DNA of 64,000 bases from an uncultured Haloferula sp. (GCA_965652295.1 CBFGTS010000008.1:64001-128000), one strand, 5' to 3'; numbered from the stretch's first letter, positions 9,829 to 19,727 are shown. The notes: generated from the letters alone by a model not told the origin. Program-made: numbers and translations.

Positions 9829-9889
9829 GGGCGGGTGGAGATAGGTCCGGGACGGACGAAAGAAAAGTGCGGAGTGCTGGTTCCGAGCC

Positions 9890-9907
9890 TTGTGAAAACT
9901 TTCACAA
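9890..9907. promoter_or_regulatory. Rex-type operator (also fits CRP/FNR-family spacing) upstream of nuoB
   Basis: TTGTGAA-aact-TTCACAA matches TTGTGAANNNNTTCACAA exactly. Confidence 0.7.
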
Positions 9908-9954
9908 ACCGCTTGAGGGGCGGGACGGGGCGCGGCATGGTCCCGCCGCCTGCC

Positions 9955-10494
9955 ATGGTTTCCGAGAACACCCAAATCGCTCACGCGGCCTACGATTCGA
10001 AGATCGAGGGCAATGTCATTGTCACCCGCGTCGATGCCGCGATGAACTGGATGCGCAAGAACTCGCTTTGGCCGATGCCGATGGGCCTGGCCTGCTGCGC
10101 GATCGAAATGATGGCGACGGCGTGCTCGCGCTTCGACCTCTCGCGCTTCGGCATGGAGGTGATGCGTTTTTCGCCGCGCCAGGCGGACGTGATGATCGTT
10201 TCCGGCACGGTGACCTACAAGATGGCGCTGGCGGTGAAGCGGATCTGGGACCAGATGCCGGAGCCGAAGTGGTGCATCGCCATGGGTGCCTGCGCGTCAA
10301 GCGGCGGCATGTATCGCAGCTACGCGACGCTGCAGGGGATCGACCGGCTGATTCCCGTGGACGTTTACATCTCCGGCTGCCCTCCGCGGCCCGAGGCGCT
10401 GATCCAGGGCCTGATGAAGGTTCAGGAAAAAATCGAGAAGAGCCACGCGCTGACGGAACAGAAGAAGGAATTTTTTGAAGACATCGCATCCTGA
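9955..10494 (+). CDS. nuoB: NADH-quinone oxidoreductase subunit B
   Basis: [44 protein letters not shown]. Confidence 0.96.
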   Translation: MVSENTQIAHAAYDSKIEGNVIVTRVDAAMNWMRKNSLWPMPMGLACCAIEMMATACSRFDLSRFGMEVMRFSPRQADVMIVSGTVTYKMALAVKRIWDQMPEPKWCIAMGACASSGGMYRSYATLQGIDRLIPVDVYISGCPPRPEALIQGLMKVQEKIEKSHALTEQKKEFFEDIAS

Positions 10495-10500
10495 CCGGCC

Positions 10501-11073
10501 ATGAGCAACGCGATTGAAGACATCGAGGCGATCCGTGGAAAGTGGCCCGAAGGGGTGGTGGACGTGGTGGATTACCGGGGCGAGCACACCGTGGAGGTGA
10601 AGCTTGAGGTCCTGGCCGGGGTGATGGCCTTCTGCCGCAAGGAGTGCGGTTACGATTTCCTGCTGGATGTCTCAAGTCTCGACCACTTCGGGGAGCATCC
10701 GAGGTTCGAGATGGTTTACGAGCTGGCAACCATCGATGACGCCAAGCACCTGCGGGTGCGGGCGAAGGTCGCGGAAGACGAGGAAGTGCCGACGGTGGTG
10801 CCTCTCTGGGCGGGTGCCGAGTGGCACGAGCGCGAGGTGTACGACATGATGGGGATCCGCTTCAAGGACCACCCGGACCTGCGCCGCATCCTCATGTGGG
10901 AGGGCTACCCCTTCCACCCGCTGCGCAAGGATTTCCCGCTGGCGGGCCGCCCGAGCGAAATGCCGGATGTGGCGTTCAGTGACAAGGCGCCGTTGGAAGG
11001 CGGGCCGTTTGTGACCAGCCCCGGGGTGAAGGGCCCGGTGCGTCGTGAGCCGCGGTCGCGGGCGATCGACTGA
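10501..11073 (+). CDS. nuoC: NADH-quinone oxidoreductase subunit C
   Basis: WHEREVYDMMGIRFKDHPDLRRILMWEGYPFHPLRKDFPL. Confidence 0.95.
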   Translation: MSNAIEDIEAIRGKWPEGVVDVVDYRGEHTVEVKLEVLAGVMAFCRKECGYDFLLDVSSLDHFGEHPRFEMVYELATIDDAKHLRVRAKVAEDEEVPTVVPLWAGAEWHEREVYDMMGIRFKDHPDLRRILMWEGYPFHPLRKDFPLAGRPSEMPDVAFSDKAPLEGGPFVTSPGVKGPVRREPRSRAID

Positions 11074-11110
11074 TTTTTTCGAGCCGTTCATCACAAGGAA
11101 GGGAGCGCAC

Positions 11111-11809
11111 ATGAATCGTGGCCTCTCCTTCGTGTCGGTCGACTGGGGGCGTTTCGGCGTCGTGGTGCTGGTGTCGGTTCTGGTCTCGATCGAAGCGACG
11201 CTGAGTTTGTCGGGAGGGCCCGGGAAGGTCCCCGAGGTTTACCTCACGCTTGGCCTGAGCCGCGATGGAATGGCAGCGGGGAAATTCTGGCAGCTGATCA
11301 GCTACGCGTTGCTTCATGGGGGATGGCTCCATCTTCTGCCGAACGCCGTCGCGCTGGTCTGGCTGGCCCCACAGGTCCACCGGATTCTTGGCGGCAAGGC
11401 CCTTGGTTTCAATCTCGCCGGCGGGGTGCTGGCGGGAGGTCTGGCCCACCTGGCGTTGGCGGATCCGGGCGAGCTGCTGATCGGAGTGTCCGGGGGGGTG
11501 AGCGCCGTTCTGTTGTTGCTGACGTCTCTCGCGCCTGAATCGAAGGTGCGCTTTCTCCGGATTTCGGCGGGCAATCTTGGAAAAGGAATTCTGATCGCCT
11601 CGGCGGTATTGACCGCCCTGTCGCCGCGGTTCGGGTTGCTCCCCGAGGCTTGGGATGGGGAACGGGGCGAGGGGGTTTTCAAGATCGCCCACGCCTGTCA
11701 TCTGGGCGGAGGTCTTTTCGGGTGGGCGATGGGTCGTTGGGTTTTGAGACCACGGGCCGACTTGAAAAAACTAAGGGCCGCCCGCGCGCGTCGCGAGGGC
11801 AGCCCCTGA
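11111..11809 (+). CDS. Rhomboid family intramembrane serine protease
   Basis: WQLISYALLHGGWLHLLPN, GVSG, AHACHLGG. Confidence 0.85.
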   Translation: MNRGLSFVSVDWGRFGVVVLVSVLVSIEATLSLSGGPGKVPEVYLTLGLSRDGMAAGKFWQLISYALLHGGWLHLLPNAVALVWLAPQVHRILGGKALGFNLAGGVLAGGLAHLALADPGELLIGVSGGVSAVLLLLTSLAPESKVRFLRISAGNLGKGILIASAVLTALSPRFGLLPEAWDGERGEGVFKIAHACHLGGGLFGWAMGRWVLRPRADLKKLRAARARREGSP

Positions 11810-11823
11810 GGAAAAGAGCGGAT

Positions 11824-12705
11824 TTACCAAGGGCCGCTGGGACGGCGGGGCCGCTGCTGTTGCTGTTGTTGGAGCCGCTGATAATTCTCCATGGCTTGGC
11901 CGCGGCGGTTGTTTTGCTGCTGTTGTGGCTGGGCTTGGGGCGCTTGCCGTTGGGGCGGCTCCGGCCGCGAATGGATCCGGGGAGCCGGGCGGGTGCGGTC
12001 GGCCTGCTCGCGGCGGGCCTGTTGCTGCCAGGTGGAGCGTTGGTTCTGCGCAGCCTGTTGCTGCTGTTGTTGCCAGCGCGATCGTTGGCTCGGCGCGGCC
12101 TGCGGTTGCTGGCGCACCGCTTGTTGCCGGGCGGCGGCTCGCTGGTTCCAGAGATTCGGAGCCTGGCGGGCGTCGTTATTCCGGCTGTCGAACTGCGGGC
12201 GGCCCTGCGGCGCACGGTTCTGCTGGCGCTGGAAATTGGCGGCGCGCTGGACCTGCTGGCGCTGCCATCCGGAAACGGCGGAGTCCTGGCGGACGCGGAC
12301 GTTCTGCGCCCACTGGTAGTTCCTTTGGCGGAGAAGCGCCTGCCGATCCCGGTAGTTCTGGAGCTGGCGGAAGCGCACTTCACGGGGAGTCGGGCACGCA
12401 CCGCGACCACTCCAGCCATAGGGGTGGGGGGCGTGGTAGATCGGCCGCGGGCAGTAGCCGGACGGGTAGTATCCGTAGAGGAACGGATCGTAGTAGAGAC
12501 TGCGTTGCACGTCGTAGTAGCAGCGGACGGTGGGATCGTACAACCAGCGGCTGCTGCTGGTGTGGACGAAGGTGGTTCCGCCACCGCCGGCATAGCCGTA
12601 GGAGGCGGAATAGTCGGCGCCGTAGGGGTCGTAGGCGCAGGAGGAGAGCCCTGCGGCGGCAAGCGCGAGCAGGGCGACGGTGCGGATGGTGGCCATCATG
12701 GTCAT
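11824..12705 (-). CDS. Hypothetical lipoprotein, Tyr/Pro-rich N-half and Gln/Arg-rich low-complexity C-half
   Basis: Lipobox LSSC after a hydrophobic leader; fills the gap between the rhomboid gene and galE. Confidence 0.7.
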   Translation of the reverse strand: MTMMATIRTVALLALAAAGLSSCAYDPYGADYSASYGYAGGGGTTFVHTSSSRWLYDPTVRCYYDVQRSLYYDPFLYGYYPSGYCPRPIYHAPHPYGWSGRGACPTPREVRFRQLQNYRDRQALLRQRNYQWAQNVRVRQDSAVSGWQRQQVQRAANFQRQQNRAPQGRPQFDSRNNDARQAPNLWNQRAAARQQAVRQQPQAAPSQRSRWQQQQQQAAQNQRSTWQQQARREQADRTRPAPRIHSRPEPPQRQAPQAQPQQQQNNRRGQAMENYQRLQQQQQQRPRRPSGPW

Positions 12706-12787
12706 TGGGACGAGGGTTCGGTGATTTTATTCATGCGACGCGTCATCGTTGACACTCCGGCCGGGCTTCCGTTTTCTCGGCGTTCGA

Positions 12788-13795
12788 ATGAAGTCAGAAG
12801 CGCCGATATTGGTAACGGGCGGGGCGGGGTACATCGGGTCGCATACGGTGCGGCTTCTCGCCGAGCAGGGAAGGAAAGTCGTGGTGCTGGACAATCTGGT
12901 CTTCGGCCACCGCGAGGCGGTGATTTCGGAAGGGGTGGAGTTCGTGGAAGGAGCCGTCGGCGACCGTGCGTTGCTTGAGTCGCTTTTCAAGAAACACGGG
13001 TTTTCCGCAGTCGTCCACTTCGCGGCATACGCCTACGTGGGAGAATCTGTCAGCAATCCGCTGAAATACTACCGCAACAATACGGCGGAGCCTCTCACGC
13101 TGCTGGAGGTGATGCAGGAGCACGGCTGCAAGTGCTTCGTCTTTTCGTCCACTTGCGCCACCTACGGCGTTCCCGCATCGATCCCGATCGTCGAATCCAA
13201 CCCGCAGGACCCGATCAATCCCTACGGCCGCAGCAAGCTGATGGTGGAGTGGATGCTGCGGGACTGCGATCATGCCTGGGGCCTGAAGAGCGCCTGCCTG
13301 CGCTACTTCAATGCCAGCGGCGCGGCGGAGGACGGTGCCATCGGTGAGGACCATGACCCGGAAACCCACCTTATTCCCCGAGTGCTGATGGCCGTGACCG
13401 GCGAAATTTCGCACGTCGATGTGTTCGGCACCGACTACCCGACTCCGGATGGCACCTGCATCCGCGATTACATTCACGTCAACGACCTCGCCGACGCCCA
13501 TGCCAAGGCGCTCGACCACCTTGCGGGAGGAGGCGATTCGATCCGCTGCAATCTGGGGACCGGCGTCGGGGTCTCGGTGCGCGAAATCATCGATGCGGTC
13601 GAAGAAGTGACCGGGAAAAAGGTTCCGGTGCAGCTCGGGCCTCGTCGTGAGGGAGATCCGCCCCAGTTGCTTGCCGACCCCTCCCTGGCTCGCGAGCAAA
13701 TTGGCTGGGAGGCGCAGCACAAGGACGTCCGCGATATGGTGAAATCCGCCTGGGCGTGGATGAACGGACCCCATCAGGGACGCTATCCCCGGTAA
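12788..13795 (+). CDS. galE: UDP-glucose 4-epimerase
   Basis: LVTGGAGYIGSH, FSSTCATYG, PYGRSK, LRYFNASGA, DGTCIRDYIHV. Confidence 0.96.
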   Translation: MKSEAPILVTGGAGYIGSHTVRLLAEQGRKVVVLDNLVFGHREAVISEGVEFVEGAVGDRALLESLFKKHGFSAVVHFAAYAYVGESVSNPLKYYRNNTAEPLTLLEVMQEHGCKCFVFSSTCATYGVPASIPIVESNPQDPINPYGRSKLMVEWMLRDCDHAWGLKSACLRYFNASGAAEDGAIGEDHDPETHLIPRVLMAVTGEISHVDVFGTDYPTPDGTCIRDYIHVNDLADAHAKALDHLAGGGDSIRCNLGTGVGVSVREIIDAVEEVTGKKVPVQLGPRREGDPPQLLADPSLAREQIGWEAQHKDVRDMVKSAWAWMNGPHQGRYPR

Positions 13796-13874
13796 GGGGT
13801 ATGTATTCTCGATGTAATCACATTCCGGCTTGCCATCCCATGTAGCAGAGGCCAAAGTCTTCAAAGCAAAACCC

Positions 13875-14570
13875 ATGATTCCTCACTCATCCAAACGCTC
13901 CCGTGGCTTTACGCTGGTCGAGCTATTGGTGGTCGTCCTGATCATCAGCATCCTGCTGACCCTTGGCTCCGCCGCCCTTCGGGGTGCGGGGGGCAAAGGG
14001 GTGACGACCGCCGTGGCGACCTCCGAAGCGATTTTTGAAGAAGCCCGTTCGGTCGCGATCGGGAAAGGGACCACCTCGCGGGTTCTCGTCGATGTCGGCA
14101 ACGTGCGGTCCGACACCTACCTTCGGCGCATCCTGGTGGCTTACCTCGCTCTTGATGAAGACGGCAACCCGGTCGAAGGCGACTGGGAGTTGTCCAGTCG
14201 GGGCTACACCTTCCCTGATGGAGTGTTTTTCAGCCAGCAGTTCAGCAAAAAGGACTTCCAGTCCGGGGGCGGCGGTCAGATGGACGAGATGACCCTCTCC
14301 GGAGTCTCCGGCCTCTTCAATGGCCGTTACCTCTATTACGAATTCAATTCGGAAGGCATCTGCACCACCGGCTTGAGTCCGACGGGAGACTACCAGAGCC
14401 CGAGCTTTGTCATCGGCCACGGTGCCCTGCCGAGCGGCAGCCCCGACCCGCGCACGACTTCTGAAGGTCGGCGGAATTTCGGCGGCTTCGTGATCTGGCG
14501 CAACGGTGCCACCTCGACCTTCCGCGATCCTTCCCAGATCCTCGGCGATCGCGATCCAACCACCTTCTGA
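13875..14570 (+). CDS. Prepilin-type N-methylation domain protein
   Basis: Class III signal SRG|FTLVELLVV. Confidence 0.85.
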   Translation: MIPHSSKRSRGFTLVELLVVVLIISILLTLGSAALRGAGGKGVTTAVATSEAIFEEARSVAIGKGTTSRVLVDVGNVRSDTYLRRILVAYLALDEDGNPVEGDWELSSRGYTFPDGVFFSQQFSKKDFQSGGGGQMDEMTLSGVSGLFNGRYLYYEFNSEGICTTGLSPTGDYQSPSFVIGHGALPSGSPDPRTTSEGRRNFGGFVIWRNGATSTFRDPSQILGDRDPTTF

Positions 14571-14575
14571 CCCGC

Positions 14576-15286
14576 ATGAAACCCACTACAAATGTCGGCC
14601 GTGCCCGCGGCTTCACGCTCATGGAAACCGTCATCGCCATCGGCGTGTTGGCGGTGCTTTTGACCGCTTTCCTCGCGGTGTTCGGCCCGGCGGCCCAAGG
14701 CATTCGCAAGGCGGTCAGTGTGCAGGACGCGGACCGCTTGGCCTACGCATTGGAAAAAGAGTTGGTGACGTTGCGTGCGGGAGCGTCGGAGACCTACGCT
14801 ACGGGGTTTGAAAAGGCTTACAACTGGATCCAGGAGAGTGCCGAAGAGCCGCTTCTGATCTACCAGTATAAAGGCGATCCGAAGTCCATCCGCGAAGACG
14901 GGACGATGGAGCCTTTCACCGAGGCCGATGGCACCGCCGGGCAGGACTTTATCATTCAGCCGGTGGTGCGTCGCCGCGACTCCGCCCAACTGGAGGAGGA
15001 GCTGCGGGCCATTCAAGGCCGGGTGTTCACTGCCAAACTCACGCAGCTCGTTTTTGACGGCGAAGCTTGGACCAAAGGCGAGTCCGGCGAGATCGTCGAT
15101 CCCACGCCGGATGACAACGACGTCGTTTCCGGCAGCGGGGTGGAGTCCTATCCGGAAGCCGTGATCGCGTTCTCCGCGGAATTTTTCGAGGTTCCGAATT
15201 CCTCCTACGAATACATCAGCTCACGTCTGACCATGGATCGTCTGAAAAACCCGGTTTTCGTGCGCAACCTCGCCGTCCGGCGCTGA
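14576..15286 (+). CDS. Prepilin-type N-methylation domain protein
   Basis: Class III signal ARG|FTLMETVIA. Confidence 0.85.
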   Translation: MKPTTNVGRARGFTLMETVIAIGVLAVLLTAFLAVFGPAAQGIRKAVSVQDADRLAYALEKELVTLRAGASETYATGFEKAYNWIQESAEEPLLIYQYKGDPKSIREDGTMEPFTEADGTAGQDFIIQPVVRRRDSAQLEEELRAIQGRVFTAKLTQLVFDGEAWTKGESGEIVDPTPDDNDVVSGSGVESYPEAVIAFSAEFFEVPNSSYEYISSRLTMDRLKNPVFVRNLAVRR

Positions 15287-15307
15287 CGATCCCCTTTGAG
15301 AAAGCCT

Positions 15308-16246
15308 ATGAAAAACCCTTCAAAACCTTTCCGCCGCGGAGGCTTCACGCTGATCGAACTCATGGTCGCGATGGGGATCACGGCGGTCATCGTCACCGTG
15401 CTGGTAACGATCACCAGCGTCGCCACCGACACTTGGACGCGCAGTCGTTCGGAGGTCCGTGCGGCACGTCAGGCCAAAGTGATGCTCGATACGATGGCAA
15501 AGGACTTCGAGTCGATGGTTTCCCGCCGCGGCACCACCGCCGAATGGTTGTTTGCCGGGGTGGATACCAGCTCCGGGCTGCCGCGCGTGACGCAAAATTC
15601 CGGGAGTGCGGGAGCTGCGGCGCAGCTGACTTTCATGACCGCGGCGACGGACCGCTACGCCGGCCAGATCGGGAACGAAACCTACGACCAGGGCGGTGAC
15701 GTCTCCTGCGTCTCCTACCGGCTGCGGTTCGACGATCCGATCAATGGCCAGCAGGATCCCGAATCATCGACCTACGTGATCTACCGGAAGCTCGTGAATC
15801 CGGACGAAACCTTTGAGAAGCTCCTGGGTGAACAGGACCTCAAGACCGCCTTCTCGACCTTCGAATCACAGGTGGACGATCAGCAGAACTTCGTGTGTGA
15901 AAACGTTCACCAATTCACCGTGACGTTCCTCGTCGAGGTTCCCCGCGCCTCGCAGGCCGGTGCCCAGGGCGGATACGATACCGTGCGCCTTACGCTTTCC
16001 ACCGACCAGCCGACGGCCGAATTCCGGCTCGATGGCACCGGCATCGAGACCACGCTCCAATCCACCAACTATAGCACCGAGCAGATCCAGACCGGTCGGC
16101 TGACGGGGGTCGAGATCAGTATTTCGGTGCTCTCGGACGCGGCCATGGTGCGGCTCAAGACCGGAGGAAACCGCGGGCTGAATCCCGACGACTACGCGCG
16201 GAACGTGTACCACTACTCCCGCTTGGTGACGGTTCCTTCGATGTGA
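15308..16246 (+). CDS. Prepilin-type N-methylation domain protein (PilW/GspJ-like size)
   Basis: Class III signal RGG|FTLIELMVA. Confidence 0.85.
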   Translation: MKNPSKPFRRGGFTLIELMVAMGITAVIVTVLVTITSVATDTWTRSRSEVRAARQAKVMLDTMAKDFESMVSRRGTTAEWLFAGVDTSSGLPRVTQNSGSAGAAAQLTFMTAATDRYAGQIGNETYDQGGDVSCVSYRLRFDDPINGQQDPESSTYVIYRKLVNPDETFEKLLGEQDLKTAFSTFESQVDDQQNFVCENVHQFTVTFLVEVPRASQAGAQGGYDTVRLTLSTDQPTAEFRLDGTGIETTLQSTNYSTEQIQTGRLTGVEISISVLSDAAMVRLKTGGNRGLNPDDYARNVYHYSRLVTVPSM

Positions 16247-16256
16247 CCGACTTCCT

Positions 16257-16292
16257 GCCCGCACCGTATCCGAGGTGCGGGCCTTTCTTTTT
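16257..16292 (+). terminator. Rho-independent terminator after the prepilin cluster
   Basis: GCCCGCACC-gtatccga-GGTGCGGGC stem followed by CTTTCTTTTT. Confidence 0.75.
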
Positions 16293-17371
16293 CATGATCT
16301 GAGGAACTCCACGGCTTCCTCCAGATCGGCCGGGCCGACGGCTTTTGAAACGAAGGCCGAGCCGGGTGAGTCGAGGAGGACGAAGCGGATGTCTCCCGCT
16401 TCGAACTTCTTGTCCTTGGACAGTTTCGCCATCACCTCATGGGTGTGGATGGCATCCGGCAGCCGGGTGGGAAGCTGAAAGCGTTTCAGCAGCGACAAGA
16501 CCTGCGCCGAGGCTTCCGGCGTAAGCCCGGCGTGGCGTTCACTGAGGAAAAGAGCCGCGCGGATGCCGAGCGAAATCGCCTCGCCATGAAGCATCTCACC
16601 GTAGGAAACGGCTGCCTCGATGCCGTGGCCGATGGTGTGCCCGAAGTTCAGGAGCGCCCGGGTGCCGGAAGTTTCGCGCTCGTCCTCGATCACGATCGCG
16701 GCCTTGATGGCGACGTTGCGTGCGATGAGATCCACGGGCACGTCCGGCGAGGAGGGATTCACGGTGGCGAGTTCGCCGAGCATGGCCGCGTCGCGGATGG
16801 CGGCATGCTTGATGACCTCGGCGAAGCCTTCGCGAAACTCCCGCCCGGGGAGGGTGCGCAGGGTCTCGGGATCGATGAGGACCAGACATGGCTGGTGGAA
16901 AGCTCCCACGAGGTTCTTTCCCTGCTTCAGGTTGATGCCTGTTTTTCCTCCGACCGAGGAATCGACCTGAGCGACGATCGTCGTGGGAATCTGAACGAAA
17001 GGAACGCCGCGGTAGAAAGACGCGGCCACGTAGCCTGCAAGATCGCCGACCACGCCGCCGCCCAAGGCGACGACGAAGGACGAGCGATCGTGGCCTGCGG
17101 CAGCCAGCTCCTCGTTCAGTGTCTCAAAAACCGAGAACGACTTGGACGCCTCGCCCGCCGGGATGACGTGGCGTGAGACGCTGATGCCTGCGCTTTCCAA
17201 GGAGGAAACGAGTGCGGCTCCGTGGTGGCGGTCGACATTGCTGTCCGTGATCACCGCGCAACGCCGGCCTAGGTTTAGATCGCGGATCCGGGTTCCGGAT
17301 TCCGTGAGCAGGCCGGGTGCGATGACGACCTCGTACTCGCGGCCGGGAAGGGAGACATGGACGGTCGGCAT
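16292..17371 (-). CDS. aroB: 3-dehydroquinate synthase
   Basis: GGGVVGDLAG, PTTIVAQVDSSVGGKTGIN, KNLVGAFHQP, LNFGHTIGHGIE, LHGEAI. Confidence 0.95.
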   Translation of the reverse strand: MPTVHVSLPGREYEVVIAPGLLTESGTRIRDLNLGRRCAVITDSNVDRHHGAALVSSLESAGISVSRHVIPAGEASKSFSVFETLNEELAAAGHDRSSFVVALGGGVVGDLAGYVAASFYRGVPFVQIPTTIVAQVDSSVGGKTGINLKQGKNLVGAFHQPCLVLIDPETLRTLPGREFREGFAEVIKHAAIRDAAMLGELATVNPSSPDVPVDLIARNVAIKAAIVIEDERETSGTRALLNFGHTIGHGIEAAVSYGEMLHGEAISLGIRAALFLSERHAGLTPEASAQVLSLLKRFQLPTRLPDAIHTHEVMAKLSKDKKFEAGDIRFVLLDSPGSAFVSKAVGPADLEEAVEFLRS

Positions 17372-17414
17372 GGGCGGAGAACAGCAGAAGGGCGGAGCGG
17401 CAGGCGAGGGAAAA

Positions 17415-18029
17415 TCACTTTCGGCGCAGGGCGCTCCAGTGGGACAGGTCGGGCCGGAGGAGGATTTCCACCCCCCGGTCCGCGAGGTCGTGGTCGGCGA
17501 TGACGTGCTCCAGCACCACGAGCGAGGCGGTCGCATCGAAGAGGGCGTCATGCCACTTGCGGTCGGGATGCATCGCGAAGACCCGCCCGGCCAGACCGAG
17601 GGCCTCGCAGATTTCGGAAAGCGAATGACTGGCGAGGCTGGGGTAGGCGCAGCGGGCGACCAGCAAGGTGTCGAGCCAAGGTCCGAACCGGTGCCCGGGA
17701 AAGGCACGCAGGAAGCGCTTTTCCGTGCCGACGCCGTGGGCCACGACGACGGCACCGGAAAGCTGCCGCTTCACCGATCCCCAGAGCTCCTGCAGTCGGG
17801 GGGCGCCGGCGAGGTCATCGTCGCGGATTCCGTGGACCTTGCGAGCCGACCAGGTGATCTTCTGCCCGGAGTGGAGGTAGGAGTGGAAAGCGTCGCGATG
17901 GCCGCCGGCCAGCGACCACACGGCCATCCCGAGCTGCACCGGCGTGTCGGTGCGACCACGCGCCGCACCCGCCGATTCGAAATCAATCGCGGCGAAGGTT
18001 GCGTCTTTCAACAAGGGGCCCGGGTCCAC
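17415..18029 (-). CDS. DEDDh 3'-5' exonuclease (DnaQ-like)
   Basis: AIDFESAG, KVHGI, WLDTL, HDALFDA; start uncertain (GTG 18029 or ATG 18071). Confidence 0.85.
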   Translation of the reverse strand: MDPGPLLKDATFAAIDFESAGAARGRTDTPVQLGMAVWSLAGGHRDAFHSYLHSGQKITWSARKVHGIRDDDLAGAPRLQELWGSVKRQLSGAVVVAHGVGTEKRFLRAFPGHRFGPWLDTLLVARCAYPSLASHSLSEICEALGLAGRVFAMHPDRKWHDALFDATASLVVLEHVIADHDLADRGVEILLRPDLSHWSALRRK

Positions 18030-18130
18030 TTCCCGAGGCAAGCGTTCGGGGAGCGGTGGAGCAATCCTCATGTGAGAGCTCGAGCCCGGGCTTGCCATCC
18101 GGGAAGGAAGGGCGAAGGTGGCGGCGCTTG

Positions 18131-19048
18131 ATGTCGAAAGAGCGGATCCCCTGGTGGTTGTGGCCGAGCCTCTTGAGCCTCGACGCGCCCATGGTGGCGC
18201 TGGCCTGGCTGTATATGTTCGCCAGCGCCTGGCAGGTGACCTATCTGCCATGGCCGGCGTACGCCGCCCTCGGCCTCGCCGTGTGGAGCGTCTATGTGGT
18301 GGACCGGCTGATCGACGGTCGGCTGCGGGCGCAAGACGACCCCTTGCTCGGACGTCAGCACGAGTTCCACCGGCGGCACCGCACGCTTTTCAAGATCGGG
18401 CTGGTGGTCGCCGTCCTGCTGGAGCTCTGGCTGCTCGCCCACGAAGTGACGGGGGCGATCTTCACGTTCACGCCGATGGGGGGATGGGGGATCAACTACC
18501 TCGCCCCCGCGTTGCTTCTGGTCGCGGTGTTTTTCTATCTGGTGACGAGCTCGGCGGGGAGCACGGAAATCCCGCTATTCCGGAATTTCATCGCGGGAGC
18601 CGCGTTCGGCTACGGCACGGCCATGATGGCGCACATCTACGTGCCGTCGCAGGACGTCTACCCGCTGTTGGTTTCCCGGGAAATGATCGGGTTCTCGGTG
18701 CTCTGTGCCACGAACATCACCGCGATCCACCTGTGGGAGCGCTCCAGGATGTCGGACGATCCGGACGAGAAGGCCGCCATGGAAGGCATTCTAACCGTGC
18801 TCTTGACCCTCGTGGGCGGCAGTGCGCTGGTTTTCGCCTACCTCGACAATCCCAACATGTTCTTTTCCGGCCTCGACGGCAGTTCTTACCGCGCGCGCCC
18901 GTTCTTCTACGCGATCCTCATCACGTCGGCGCTGCTGTTGATGGTGAACCGCAACCGCCAGCGCTTCTCGCTGGAGGCTCTGCGTGGGTTGGCCGACCTC
19001 GCTATGATTGTTCCGCTCCCGCTCTTCCTGATCCTGTCGAGGGGGTGA
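18131..19048 (+). CDS. Multi-pass membrane protein, possibly UbiA-prenyltransferase-like
   Basis: About 8-9 hydrophobic segments; YVVDRLID resembles the first Asp-rich UbiA motif. Confidence 0.6.
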   Translation: MSKERIPWWLWPSLLSLDAPMVALAWLYMFASAWQVTYLPWPAYAALGLAVWSVYVVDRLIDGRLRAQDDPLLGRQHEFHRRHRTLFKIGLVVAVLLELWLLAHEVTGAIFTFTPMGGWGINYLAPALLLVAVFFYLVTSSAGSTEIPLFRNFIAGAAFGYGTAMMAHIYVPSQDVYPLLVSREMIGFSVLCATNITAIHLWERSRMSDDPDEKAAMEGILTVLLTLVGGSALVFAYLDNPNMFFSGLDGSSYRARPFFYAILITSALLLMVNRNRQRFSLEALRGLADLAMIVPLPLFLILSRG

Positions 19049-19094
19049 TCAGCGCTTGCCGCAGCTTGGTGGGGTTCCTAGCGTCGCCATTTCC

Positions 19095-19727
19095 ATGATC
19101 GAGCATTTTGACGAAAGGCGTCCCGCGTTCCTCATCCTTGGAGCCCCCGGCTCCGGCAAGGGCACCCAGGGGAAAATCCTCGGGTCCATCCCGCGCTTCT
19201 TCCACTGCGCGTGCGGCGACATCTTCCGCTCGCTCGATACCCGGACCGAGCTCGGCCAGAAATTCGTCGCCTACTCAAGCCGTGGCGAACTGGTACCGGA
19301 CGAACTCACCATCCAGCTTTGGAAGGCGCAGGTGGACAACTGGGCGGAAAGCCACGTTTACAAGCCGGACATCGATTTCCTGATCCTCGACGGCATTCCC
19401 CGGAACGTCGAGCAGGCGCGGATGATCGATGAATTCCTGCACGTCCATCAGATCTTCCATCTCTCCTGCCCGGACCGCCACGAGCTGGCGCGCCGGATGC
19501 GCAAGCGGGCGCTCAAGGAGAACCGGATGGACGATGCTTCGGAGGCCGTCATTCAGAATCGGATCACCACCTATGAGGCGGAAACCAAGCCGATCCTGGA
19601 TCACTATGGAGTGGATCTGGTGACGAACATCGATGCCACCCGCCAGCCGGTCGAAGTGCTCGCGGCGATCATTTCCACGATCGTTGCTCTGCCGGTTTAC
19701 TCCCAATTCACGCGTTCCGGCATTTGA
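19095..19727 (+). CDS. adk: Adenylate kinase family nucleoside monophosphate kinase (short lid)
   Basis: GAPGSGKGTQG, GELVPDE, ILDGIPRN, RMDD...IQNRITTY. Confidence 0.85.
   Translation: MIEHFDERRPAFLILGAPGSGKGTQGKILGSIPRFFHCACGDIFRSLDTRTELGQKFVAYSSRGELVPDELTIQLWKAQVDNWAESHVYKPDIDFLILDGIPRNVEQARMIDEFLHVHQIFHLSCPDRHELARRMRKRALKENRMDDASEAVIQNRITTYEAETKPILDHYGVDLVTNIDATRQPVEVLAAIISTIVALPVYSQFTRSGI

Noticed and set aside
9004..9954. 496-aa ORF suggesting a long N-terminal extension of NuoB
   Set aside because: The extension is antisense to trpA; NuoB homology starts at 9955.
13800..13826. Possible CRP site upstream of the prepilin cassette
   Set aside because: Only one TCACA half-site; the other half does not match.
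18131..19048. Membrane protein as EboC partner of the EboD-like gene
   Set aside because: It is about 15 kb away, has only a weak UbiA-like motif, and no other ebo genes are nearby.
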